Below, piece after piece: positions 8,639 through 17,620 of a DNA stretch of 64,000 nucleotides; the stretch's first letter is position 1, and the number at the start of each line of letters is the position of its first letter. The notes under the pieces are model-generated. The model ran no database searches. It worked only from the letters and a program-made list of their open reading frames with translations, and was not told the origin of the DNA. Both the position numbers and the translations under genes were made by a program. This DNA is from an uncultured Synergistaceae bacterium (GTDB taxonomy: Bacteria > Synergistota > Synergistia > Synergistales > Dethiosulfovibrionaceae): the NCBI GenBank assembly GCA_964604125.1, contig CAZRXR010000003.1, positions 2,593 to 66,592 of the forward strand, given 5' to 3'.

Positions 8639-9377
8639 AAGGATACTCTCCCCTCATGTGCAAAAAAAGCAGATCCGCCCACATCGGCGCGGACAGATGC
8701 GTCGTCATCGCGGTCTCGGCAAGCTGCTGAAGCTGCGCCGCCAGGTCGAACCTTCCGTTCCCGGCGTACCAGGCGGCATAGCCGAGGGCAAGAGCGTACC
8801 AGCTTTGCGCGTCGTTTTTCTCGTTGCCGCGCAACCATCTCAGCCAGCCGGAGCGATCGCCGGGCGGCTCTATCCGGACGACGCTTTCTTCCGCGTTTAA
8901 CGACAGCGTCCACAGGCGGCTCCGCAAAGTGGGAAGAATGTCCGCCTTGTTCATCACGTACAGGATATGTCCTCGCGGCGGAGGCTCCTCGGTGATTTTC
9001 AGCAGACTGTTGACGGCCGGGAGGCTCATTTTTTCGGCGGCGTAGAACACCAGCAGCCGACGCGGCGAGACGACGGGCGACAACGAGAGATCGGAACTTT
9101 TCCGCCGGCACTCGTCTACGCCGGCGGGGGCGTCCGGCTCTCCCGCGACGAGCAGGTCGGGATGGGCGTCCTCCGCCCACGCCCGGCAGGCGGGGCATGT
9201 TCCGCACGCCGCGCCGTGCTCGCACAGGATGACGCGCGCGCACTTTTGTACGAACTCGCGCTGCCAGACGGAGCGAACTTCCGCGCCGATAGCGGCGGGC
9301 ACGGCGCCCGACGCGACGGCGGAAGAAAACTCCAGCCAGTGCCGGTTTTGCGGCAGCAGCCGCGACAGGGCGGTCAT
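8577..9377 (-). CDS. holB: DNA polymerase III delta-prime subunit
   Basis: C...ACGTCPAC zinc module, HPDL, NSLLKITEEPP, LPTLRSR; position after tmk. Confidence 0.85.
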   Translation of the reverse strand: MTALSRLLPQNRHWLEFSSAVASGAVPAAIGAEVRSVWQREFVQKCARVILCEHGAACGTCPACRAWAEDAHPDLLVAGEPDAPAGVDECRRKSSDLSLSPVVSPRRLLVFYAAEKMSLPAVNSLLKITEEPPPRGHILYVMNKADILPTLRSRLWTLSLNAEESVVRIEPPGDRSGWLRWLRGNEKNDAQSWYALALGYAAWYAGNGRFDLAAQLQQLAETAMTTHLSAPMWADLLFLHMRGEYPFEDVFDDFRQAPLPRPRERR

Positions 9378-9979
9378 AGCGCTCCCCGATCCCGCAGCAG
9401 GCGTTCAAGTTCGCGCGCGAGTTCGTCCCGCGGGCGCGCCGCGTCGAGCCTGACGATGCGCTTCGGATACTCGCGCGCCAGTTCCCCGTAGCCGCGCGCG
9501 ACGCGGGAGTGGAAAGCGGACATCTCGCTCTCTATCCTGTCGCGCCCGCCGCGTTCCGCCACCCGGCGAAGCGCCGTTTCAACAGGCAGGTCGAGCCAAA
9601 GCGTGAGATCGGGCAGAGGGAAGGCGCACCAGCGAATCAGCGTCTCCAGCCGGTCGCGGTCGACGCCTCTGCCCCAGCACTGATAGGCCCGCGTCGAGTC
9701 GCAGTATCTCTCGCACACGACGACGGCGCCCCGCTTCAGCGCGGGGAGCACCGTCTGCGATACGTGCTCGCATCGGTCGGCGAGAAAAAGCAGCGGTTCG
9801 GTGAGCCGGTTTTTCAGCCCTCCGCCGAGGAGAATCCCGCGCAGAGTTCCGCCCTCGCTCCAGTCCCCGGGTTCGCGCGTCCAGACGACTTCGCGCCCGG
9901 AGCGGGCGAGAAGGGCGGCGGCGTTTCGCGCCAGCGTCGTCTTCCCCGAGCCGTCTATGCCTTCTACGGTGATGAACAT
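9374..9979 (-). CDS. tmk: Thymidylate kinase
   Basis: FITVEGIDGSGKTT, TREPG, LFLADR, CERY. Confidence 0.95.
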   Translation of the reverse strand: MFITVEGIDGSGKTTLARNAAALLARSGREVVWTREPGDWSEGGTLRGILLGGGLKNRLTEPLLFLADRCEHVSQTVLPALKRGAVVVCERYCDSTRAYQCWGRGVDRDRLETLIRWCAFPLPDLTLWLDLPVETALRRVAERGGRDRIESEMSAFHSRVARGYGELAREYPKRIVRLDAARPRDELARELERLLRDRGAL

Positions 9980-10092
9980 GGTCTTTCCCCGTCCGTTAAA
10001 AAAGTGAAAATGGGACTGGTCACGCCGGTCTTTTAAAGTTATACTGTATCAGCGTTTTATCAAACGAACTCGTCTGTGAAAGGAGCCGTTTC

Positions 10093-11493
10093 ATGCGGAA
10101 GGAACGACACTGCAAAAGCTGGGACGCATACGGGACGTCGGGCGAACTTCCGGCGCTCACGTCGGAGCTGCTCGCGTATTTAAGCCGCAACAAGACCGAG
10201 CGCGAGATCGTGCGCGACACGGTCGCCGCCCTCAAAGCCGGAGGCGCGAAGCCGGTCGAAAGCCGCGAAAGCGTCCGTCCGGGGGACGTCGTCTACATGA
10301 ACTGGAAAAACAGGGCCGTCGCCGCCGCGCGCGTCGGCGCGGAGCCGGTCGCCCGCGGCGTCAACGCCGTCGTCTCTCACGGCGACGCGCCGAGGATCGA
10401 CGTGAAGGAGCGCCCGCTCTACGACGCCGCGAATCTCGCGTTTTTTGACTGTCACTACTACGGCGGCATCAAAAAATATCACTGGGTCAACGTGCCGCTG
10501 GCGCTCCACGGCGAGATCCACGACGGAAAGGGCGGCGCCTCGCACATCGCCGTCGGCGAGGAACCGGACGATCCCGTCTTCACGATCCCCGACCTGGCCG
10601 TTCACATCGACTCCGGCATGACGAAGCGCACGGCGAAAGAAGCCGTCGAAGGCGAAAAACTCGACGCGATCGTCGGCTCCGCGTTCGCGCGCGAGGACGA
10701 ACCCGAGCTTAACGAACATATTAGCACAAATTCGCTGAAAAAACTTATTCAAACTCGGTGGAATTTTGACGAAAAGACACTTTCCTCGGCCGACCTCACG
10801 TTCGTCCCGGCCGGCCCGGCCCGCGAACTGGGCTTCGACCGATCGCTCATAGCCGCCTACGCGCTTGACGACCACATCTGCACGGCGGCCTCGTGGATCG
10901 CGTTTACGCGGATGGATCGTGTTCCAGGCAGGACGGCCGTGTTCATGTCCGCCGACAAAGAGGAGATCGGCAGCGACGGCGTTTCGGGCGCCGACGGCGC
11001 TTTCTTTGAAACTTTCTTGCTCGAGCTTCTGCGCGCGCAGGGCGAGCGCACCGACGGGCTGACGCTGCGCAGGGCGCTCGCCGCTTCGGCGGCGATCAGC
11101 GCCGACGTCACGGCGGGGCTGAATCCTCTTTACGAATCGGCGTATGTGCGCGACCAGCAGCCGCGCTGCGGAAACGGCGTCGTCATCATGAAGTCGTCCG
11201 GCTCGGGAGGAAAATACGACGCCAGCGAGGCGCGCGGTGAGATGATGTCGGCCGTCATCGAACTTCTCGACGCCGCGCGCGTCCCGTGGCAGGTGGGCTC
11301 GTTCGGGCAGATCGACAAGGCGGGGGGCGGCACGCTGGCGAAGTACATCGCGCGGCTCGGCATCGACATCATTGACATCGGCCCCGTGCTTTTGTCGATG
11401 CACTCGCCCTTTGAAATCGCCAGCAAAGTGGATTTCGCCGCGCTGAAAGACTGTTTCAGGGTCTTTTTCAACGAAATGAAATCGGTTCGCTAG
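10093..11493 (+). CDS. M18 family aminopeptidase (ApeA-like)
   Basis: SHGDAPRID, HYYGGIKKYHW, LDD, DKEEIGS, SADVT, SMHSPFE. Confidence 0.88.
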   Translation: MRKERHCKSWDAYGTSGELPALTSELLAYLSRNKTEREIVRDTVAALKAGGAKPVESRESVRPGDVVYMNWKNRAVAAARVGAEPVARGVNAVVSHGDAPRIDVKERPLYDAANLAFFDCHYYGGIKKYHWVNVPLALHGEIHDGKGGASHIAVGEEPDDPVFTIPDLAVHIDSGMTKRTAKEAVEGEKLDAIVGSAFAREDEPELNEHISTNSLKKLIQTRWNFDEKTLSSADLTFVPAGPARELGFDRSLIAAYALDDHICTAASWIAFTRMDRVPGRTAVFMSADKEEIGSDGVSGADGAFFETFLLELLRAQGERTDGLTLRRALAASAAISADVTAGLNPLYESAYVRDQQPRCGNGVVIMKSSGSGGKYDASEARGEMMSAVIELLDAARVPWQVGSFGQIDKAGGGTLAKYIARLGIDIIDIGPVLLSMHSPFEIASKVDFAALKDCFRVFFNEMKSVR

Positions 11494-11526
11494 GTCTCCG
11501 CACAAGAAACCGCAGGGGGTGTTTGT

Positions 11527-12744
11527 ATGAATTCCCAGATCGCAGAACTCGAAAAGAAGTACCGGGACTCGTATATGTCCTGTTACCGCCACATCCACGC
11601 CCATCCCGAGCCCAGCTACCGCGAGGAGAAAACGGCCGCGTTCGTCTATGAAAAACTCTCGGCGCTCCCTCTCGACGAAATCCGGCGCAACGTCGGCGGT
11701 CACGGCATCGTGGCCCTTCTCAAAGGCTCCCGCCCAGGCCCGTGCGTCGCGCTCCGGGCCGACATGGACGCGCTCAACATCACGGAAAACACGGGCTGCC
11801 CGTTCGCCTCCGAGAATCCCGGCGTGATGCACGCCTGCGGGCATGACGCGCACACCGCGATGCTCCTCGGCGCCGTCGGCGTTCTGTGCGAGATGAAAGA
11901 GCGGATATGCGGAACGCTGAAGTTCATCTTCCAGCCCTCGGAAGAAATGACGCCGACGGGGGGCGCGCCGGGCATGATCCGCGACGGCGCGCTCGAAAAC
12001 CCGAAGGTTGACGCGATCATCGCGCTCCACGTCTGGCCGACGCTCCCGACGGGCAAGATCGGCCTTCAGGCGGGCGCCTTTTCGGCCGCTTCGGATCACC
12101 TCCGCGCCGTCGTCAAGGGCGCGCCCAGCCACGGCGCGATGCCCGACAAGGGCATAGACGCGATAGTCGCCGCTTCCGCCGTCGTCATGGCGCTCCAGCC
12201 CATAATTTCGCGGAACATTCGCCCGCGCAACGCGGCCGTCATCACCGTCGGAACGATCCGGGGCGGCTCCCGCTACAACATCGTGCCCGACAGGGTCGAT
12301 CTCGACGGCACTGTCCGCTGTTTCGACGCGGACGACCATGAAAAACTGCCGAAGTGGATCGAGCGCGCCATCTTAAACACGGCTGCCGCCTACGGGTGTA
12401 CGGCCGAGATCGATTACCAGGTGGGGTACCCGCCGACGATGAACAACCCGAGGCTGGCCGAGATCGGCCGCGAGGTGATTCGCGGCGTGCTCGGCGACGA
12501 CGGGCTGACGCCGCCCCTCGACGTGGCTCCCATCGGCGAGGATTTCGCGTTCTACACGCTCAAGGTGCCCGCCGCCATGGCATGGCTCGGGTGCCGGCCC
12601 GAAGGTACGGCCCCCGGGGATATGCCCGCTCTCCACAACGATAGGTTCATCCCCGACCCCGCCTGTTTCCCCCACGGCGTCCGATACCTTGTTTCGATGG
12701 CTCTGACGCTGCTGAAATCCCATCCCGAGGAGATAAAAAAATGA
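11527..12744 (+). CDS. M20D amidohydrolase
   Basis: HAHPEPS, LRADMDAL, MHACGHDAH, FQPSEE, GEDF, LHN. Confidence 0.9.
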   Translation: MNSQIAELEKKYRDSYMSCYRHIHAHPEPSYREEKTAAFVYEKLSALPLDEIRRNVGGHGIVALLKGSRPGPCVALRADMDALNITENTGCPFASENPGVMHACGHDAHTAMLLGAVGVLCEMKERICGTLKFIFQPSEEMTPTGGAPGMIRDGALENPKVDAIIALHVWPTLPTGKIGLQAGAFSAASDHLRAVVKGAPSHGAMPDKGIDAIVAASAVVMALQPIISRNIRPRNAAVITVGTIRGGSRYNIVPDRVDLDGTVRCFDADDHEKLPKWIERAILNTAAAYGCTAEIDYQVGYPPTMNNPRLAEIGREVIRGVLGDDGLTPPLDVAPIGEDFAFYTLKVPAAMAWLGCRPEGTAPGDMPALHNDRFIPDPACFPHGVRYLVSMALTLLKSHPEEIKK

Positions 12745-14024
12745 TCGAAACTCTCGGCAAAGATCGTCTGGAACGCATGATCCGCCGCCGCCGCGACTTC
12801 CACCGCTTTCCCGAAAGCGGCTGGCACGAGTTCCGCGCCACATCTCTGATCGCGCGGGCGATGAGCGATCTCGGCTTTGAGGTGCGCCTGGCCGACGAAT
12901 TTTTAAAGCCCGAATACATCATGGGCAGAACGGTAGACGTGGCCGAGGAAAAAGCCCGCGCGCTCAGGCAGGGCGCCGACCCCGTCTGGCTTGACAGGAT
13001 AAAAGCCTTCACGGGACTCGCCGCGGAACTGAAAACGGGGCGCGAAGGGCCGGTCGTCGCTTTAAGGTTCGACATCGACTGCGTCGATACCACCGAGACG
13101 GACGACCCCGCGCACCCGCCCGCGACGATGAACTTCCGCTCGGAAAACCCGGGCTGGATGCACGCCTGCGGCCACGACGGGCACATGTCGCTGGGGCTGG
13201 CGGTCGCCGAATACGTCGCCGGGCACAGGGACTCTCTGCGCGGCGCGATCCGCTTTCTCTTTCAGCCCGCCGAGGAGGGTGTGCGCGGCGGGTACGCCAT
13301 GACGCGGGCGGGGCTTTTGGACGACGTGGATCGTTTCATCGCCGTTCATCTGGGACTTGGTATTCCGACGGGAACCGTATACGGGGGTACGCGCGGATTC
13401 CTCTGCACGACGAAGTTCGACGTGCGTTTCATCGGAAAGGGCGCCCACGCGGGCGGAGAACCAAACCTCGGCAGGAACGCCCTGCTCGCCGCCGCTTCGG
13501 CCGCCTTGAACCTTCACGCGATCGCGCCGCACCGCGACGGCCCGAGCCGGATCAACGTCGGCGTCCTCCGCGCGGGAGAGGGCCGGAACGTCGTCCCGCC
13601 CAACGCGGAGATGAAAGTTGAAACGCGCGGCGCCACCGAGGCGATCCTCGGCTACGTTTACGATCGCGCCGTTTCCGTCGTCAACGGGGCCGCCGCCATG
13701 TACGGGTGCGAAGTCGAGATCGCCAAGCGCGGCGAGTCGAACACGACAACCAGCGACGCCGAACTCAGCGAGCTGATCCGCGATGTCGCGCGCGACTGCC
13801 CGGGCGTCGAACACGCCGAGCTGAATCATCCGATGTCGGGCAGCGACGACGCCTGCTGGATGATGAAGCGTGTTCAGGAACGCGGCGGCAAGGCGACGTA
13901 CATCGGCCTCGGCGCGACGACGCGGGCCGGACACCACAACAGCTGTTTCGACTTCGACGAAAGGTGCCTGCCCATCGGGTATTACGTGATCTGCGGCGCG
14001 CTCGAGCGCCTTTCCGGCCGGTAG
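12741..14024 (+). CDS. M20 amidohydrolase, AbgA-like
   Basis: RRDFHRFPESGWHEF, RFDID, MHACGHDGH, FQPAEEGVRG, GSDD, GHH. Confidence 0.85.
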   Translation: MIETLGKDRLERMIRRRRDFHRFPESGWHEFRATSLIARAMSDLGFEVRLADEFLKPEYIMGRTVDVAEEKARALRQGADPVWLDRIKAFTGLAAELKTGREGPVVALRFDIDCVDTTETDDPAHPPATMNFRSENPGWMHACGHDGHMSLGLAVAEYVAGHRDSLRGAIRFLFQPAEEGVRGGYAMTRAGLLDDVDRFIAVHLGLGIPTGTVYGGTRGFLCTTKFDVRFIGKGAHAGGEPNLGRNALLAAASAALNLHAIAPHRDGPSRINVGVLRAGEGRNVVPPNAEMKVETRGATEAILGYVYDRAVSVVNGAAAMYGCEVEIAKRGESNTTTSDAELSELIRDVARDCPGVEHAELNHPMSGSDDACWMMKRVQERGGKATYIGLGATTRAGHHNSCFDFDERCLPIGYYVICGALERLSGR

Positions 14025-14058
14025 GATCGGCTCGCGCCCCGATTTTTGCGTGACATTT

Positions 14059-14093
14059 AAAAAGCCGCCCCCGGCGTTCGGGGGCGGCTTTTT
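14059..14093 (+). terminator. Rho-independent terminator
   Basis: AAAAGCCGCCCCCG/CGGGGGCGGCTTTT stem with T tail. Confidence 0.8.
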
Positions 14094-14378
14094 CGCGCGG
14101 CTCGCGGCGGCCGGGACGGGGGGCGCCTCGCGTACCGCCTTTTTGAGCCGGGCGCGGCACGTCTCCCCGCGAGACTGAAAATTTTCGACGAAAGCGGGGC
14201 GGAAAGCGCCCGCCGTGAACGCGCGACAAGCGCTTCCGGCGGCGCCCGGCGCGTTTCGCTCGCGCCGCCGCTTTGAAACGCCCTCGGCCGGGCCGTCCGG
14301 CCGCCTCGTCCGCGCGAGGTTTCCGCCCGCGAAAACGGTGAAACTGTGAAATGGAGAGTGTATACTTTGAGGTGAAAG

Positions 14379-14387
14379 TGCTATAAT
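14379..14387 (+). promoter_or_regulatory. Extended -10 promoter for ychJ operon
   Basis: TGCTATAAT; three GTGAAA copies just upstream. Confidence 0.5.
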
Positions 14388-14450
14388 CGTAGATGTTTCG
14401 CTTGATGCGCCAAGTTTGGTCAGTTCTGTCTCATCGAAAGGAGTTATCCC

Positions 14451-14942
14451 ATGCCACTTTCCCCCTCCGAATCCAATCAGGAGCTCGTGCTCGCGTGCAT
14501 GCCTATCCTCAAAGGCGAGCGCCGCGCCGCGACGGCCGTCGAGCTTATGAAGGCGCGCTACCTCGCCTACACGGTCGGCGACGTCGATTTTATCATCAAC
14601 AGCCACGACCCCGGGACGCGCGAAAACGTCAGCAAAGAGGCGACGGAGGAATGGTCGCGTTCGGCGCGCTGGCTGGGGCTGGACATCCGCGGCTGCGCCG
14701 GCGGCGGCGTAAACGACACGGAAGGCATCGTCGAGTTTGTCGCCAGTTTCGAGCTGGGCGGCAGGACGATCGCCCACCACGAGAAGTCCCTTTTCAGGAA
14801 GATCAACGGCGCGTGGTTTTTCGTCGATGGCCAGGTGATCCCCGAAACCTACGTCAGACCCGCGCCGAAGGTCGGGCGCAACGACCCCTGTCCCTGCGGC
14901 AGCGGCAAAAAGTACAAGTTCTGCTGCGGCAGGAACCGCTGA
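14451..14942 (+). CDS. YchJ family protein with C-terminal SEC-C motif
   Basis: [43 protein letters not shown]. Confidence 0.9.
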   Translation: MPLSPSESNQELVLACMPILKGERRAATAVELMKARYLAYTVGDVDFIINSHDPGTRENVSKEATEEWSRSARWLGLDIRGCAGGGVNDTEGIVEFVASFELGGRTIAHHEKSLFRKINGAWFFVDGQVIPETYVRPAPKVGRNDPCPCGSGKKYKFCCGRNR

Positions 14943-14950
14943 AGCCGCGA

Positions 14951-16468
14951 ATGCCTTTCAAGATCGGGTTCGACAACGAACGGTACCTCGGCGAGCAGAC
15001 CGCCGCGATCATGGAGCGCGTCCGGCGCAGCGGCGAGAAACTCTACCTTGAATTCGGCGGAAAACTGATCTTCGACCAACACGCGGCCCGCTGTCTCCCC
15101 GGCTTCGATCCCAACGTGAAGACGCGGCTTCTGCGGATGTTCCGCGATCGGGCGGAGGTGATAATCTGCCTCTACGCGGGCGACGTGGAGCGGAAGAAAA
15201 TACGGGCCGACTTCGGCACAACCTACGATTCCGAGGTTTTGCGCCTGCTGGACGAGTTTTCTTCGATGGGTCTGAAAGTTTCGGGCGTCGTCATCACGCG
15301 CTTTGAAGGACAGCCGGCGGTTCAGAATTTCCGCCGCCGTCTCGAAAACAGGGGCGTGCCCGTTTTTACGCACCGCGCCACGAAAGGGTACCCCGCCGAC
15401 GTTGACACGATCGTCAGCGAGGACGGGTACGGCCGCAACGACTATATCCCCACGTCGAAGCCCGTCGTCGTCGTCACGGCCCCCGGGCCGGGAAGCGGCA
15501 AGCTCGCCACCTGTCTGTCGCAGATCTATCACGACTTCCGCCGCGGTGTCCGCGCCGGTTACGCGAAGTACGAGAGTTTTCCCGTGTGGAACCTGCCGCT
15601 CTCCCACCCGCTCAACCGCGCCTACGAGGCGGCGACGGCCGATCTCGGCGATGTCAACCTGATTGACCATTTCCATCTCGAAGCCTACGACGAGAGAACC
15701 GTCAACTACAACCGCGACCTTGAAGCGTTCCCGATCCTCAGACGCATTCTCGAGCGCATCACCGGCTCCGACGCCGGGTACAGATCCCCCACCGACATGG
15801 GGGTCAACCGCATCGCCCTCGGCATCGTGGACGACGCCGTCGTTCGCGAGGCGTCGTGTCAGGAGGTCATCCGCCGCTATTTCAGGGTTTCGTGCGAGGC
15901 CGCTCTCGGACAGTGCGACGCGATCTGCGCCCAGAGGGTCGCGCTGATCATGAAGGAACTCGACCTCGTTCCCGAGCGCCGGCGCGTCGTCGTGCCCGCG
16001 CGCGAGGCCGTCAGCGAAGGGAGGGCGCGCGGCAAAGGCGACGGGGGCGTTTTCACCGGCGCCGCCATCGAGCTGCCGGACGGGACGATCGTCACGGGGA
16101 AGAACTCGCCGCTCCTCCATTCGGCGGCGAGCGTTGTGCTCAACGCCGCCAAAGTCCTCGCCGACATTCCCGACGCGATCGACCTTCTGCCGGCCAATAT
16201 CCTGCGCTCGCTCGCGCGCTTTAAAAAAGAAATCGTCGGCGAAAACAGGCTCGCGCTCACGCTGGAGGAGACACTGCTCGCTCTCAGCATCAGCGCCGCC
16301 TCGAATCCGGCCGCGGCCGCCGCGGTCGATCGCCTCATCGGCCTGCGCGGCTGCGAGTGTCACATGTCCCACATCGCCGCCCCCGGCGACGAGGGCGGTT
16401 TCAGAAAGCTCGGCGTCAACCTGACCTGCGATCCGTCTTTTTCCGGCAAAAGCCTTTTCGACGCCTGA
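14951..16468 (+). CDS. DUF1846 (UPF0371) family protein with P-loop
   Basis: True start MPFKIGFDNERY; KLYLEFGGKL, APGPGSGKLATCLS, SPTDMGVN. Confidence 0.85.
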   Translation: MPFKIGFDNERYLGEQTAAIMERVRRSGEKLYLEFGGKLIFDQHAARCLPGFDPNVKTRLLRMFRDRAEVIICLYAGDVERKKIRADFGTTYDSEVLRLLDEFSSMGLKVSGVVITRFEGQPAVQNFRRRLENRGVPVFTHRATKGYPADVDTIVSEDGYGRNDYIPTSKPVVVVTAPGPGSGKLATCLSQIYHDFRRGVRAGYAKYESFPVWNLPLSHPLNRAYEAATADLGDVNLIDHFHLEAYDERTVNYNRDLEAFPILRRILERITGSDAGYRSPTDMGVNRIALGIVDDAVVREASCQEVIRRYFRVSCEAALGQCDAICAQRVALIMKELDLVPERRRVVVPAREAVSEGRARGKGDGGVFTGAAIELPDGTIVTGKNSPLLHSAASVVLNAAKVLADIPDAIDLLPANILRSLARFKKEIVGENRLALTLEETLLALSISAASNPAAAAAVDRLIGLRGCECHMSHIAAPGDEGGFRKLGVNLTCDPSFSGKSLFDA

Positions 16469-16508
16469 TCCGCGATGGCTGTCGAGCGTGCCGAAGGAGT
16501 GAAAATAG

Positions 16509-17039
16509 GTGTGTAAAAGCGCGAAATGCCTGTTTTGCGCGTTATGCGCGGCGCTCGTCTTTTCGTCCGCCGCCGGCGGAGCGGAAACGGACGCCCGCGC
16601 GCCTTCTTCTTCCGCGTACGCGCCCCGCGCGGGAGACGCGCGTTCCCGCGTGTATGATTTCGAGGGCGTCGGCCGCAGGGACGGCGTTCTGGAGACGGGC
16701 TTTGAGCGCAAGACGCCCGAAACGCCCGATCTGGACGAGAAAGACGGCGACGGGATCGTGCTGTCACGGGGGATGCGGAAATTCGCCGAGGGCGCCGGCA
16801 AGGCCATCAAGAACATCAACGAGGCGGCGCTCAGCGTCGTAAGCAAGCCACTGGGACTTCTGGGGCTGGAGGCGGAAAGCGCCAAACTGCGGCCGGTTGA
16901 CGGCGGCGTCGGGTTGGGCGTGTCGATCAAACTGGACAAAAAGAAAAAGGACGCCGCGAAAAAGTCCGGCGAAGACGGCGACGACAGCCGCGAACTTTAC
17001 GACCTGCTCAGGCCCGACGACAGCCGGGGCCGTATGTGA
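16509..17039 (+). CDS. Hypothetical secreted protein
   Basis: GTG start with SD; signal-peptide-like N-terminus; genome-typical codon usage. Confidence 0.7.
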   Translation: MCKSAKCLFCALCAALVFSSAAGGAETDARAPSSSAYAPRAGDARSRVYDFEGVGRRDGVLETGFERKTPETPDLDEKDGDGIVLSRGMRKFAEGAGKAIKNINEAALSVVSKPLGLLGLEAESAKLRPVDGGVGLGVSIKLDKKKKDAAKKSGEDGDDSRELYDLLRPDDSRGRM

Positions 17040-17215
17040 ACGTGACAGGCTTTCCGACTGCCGCGCTGTTTTCCGTCTGCCTGTGCGCTTTGGCGAGTCT
17101 GTGCGCTTTGGCGAGTTTCCTCAGAGCGCTTGTTTTCGCGCGGTCGGGCCGATGGGGAAAGTCGGTTCTCTGGTTCGTGGCCGGGAGCGCGCTCCTCGCG
17201 GCGGCTTTTGTCTGA
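17036..17215 (+). CDS. Small two-helix membrane protein A (59 aa; not in ORF track)
   Basis: GTGA overlap with upstream stop; MNVTGFPTAALFSVCLCALASLCALASFLRALVFARSGRWGKSVLWFVAGSALLAAAFV. Confidence 0.65.
   Translation: MNVTGFPTAALFSVCLCALASLCALASFLRALVFARSGRWGKSVLWFVAGSALLAAAFV
17081..17116 (+). repeat. In-frame 18-bp tandem duplication (LCALAS x2)
   Basis: CTGTGCGCTTTGGCGAGT twice. Confidence 0.9.
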
Positions 17216-17295
17216 TCCCGCGCCCGCTTTCCGGGAACGTCCCGCGCCACGGAAAAAATTCGAAAGACATACTGAAACAAGGAGCCGTGATAACG

Positions 17296-17466
17296 ATGTC
17301 CGCCTCACAAATAGCGCCGTATGTGCTTTACGCCTGCGGTTTCGCGTTCTTCGGCCTCGGCGTCGCGTTCAAGCGCGCCGGGCGTCCCGGGAAAGCCTGC
17401 TTTGACTTTATCTGCGGGGCCTCTCTGCTGATCGTGGCCCACTACGTCGCTTCGGAACTTCATTGA
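17296..17466 (+). CDS. Small two-helix membrane protein B (56 aa)
   Basis: SD AAGGAG; MSASQIAPYVLYACGFAFFGLGVAFKRAGRPGKACFDFICGASLLIVAHYVASELH. Confidence 0.7.
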   Translation: MSASQIAPYVLYACGFAFFGLGVAFKRAGRPGKACFDFICGASLLIVAHYVASELH

Positions 17467-17473
17467 ACTCCGG

Positions 17474-17506
17474 GAGCGCGTCCGCAAGCCGGGCGCGCTC
17501 TTTTTT
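17474..17506 (+). terminator. Rho-independent terminator
   Basis: GAGCGCGTCCG/CGGGCGCGCTC stem plus T6. Confidence 0.75.
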
Positions 17507-17620
17507 GTTTAAAGGCGCGTATTTTTCCCTTGTGCTTTGAGAAAATTTGCTGTAGTATTCATTTTTTGAAAGAGCGTCGGTAAAAAAACATATTCAGTTC
17601 GTGCTGTAAGGAGACTCCGT

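Noticed and set aside
14094-14340. GC-rich hairpin-rich intergenic spacers (also 48540-48840, 54290-54500) as REP/BIME or sRNA
   Set aside because: I found no shared repeat unit between them by eye. Chance hairpins are expected at this GC content.
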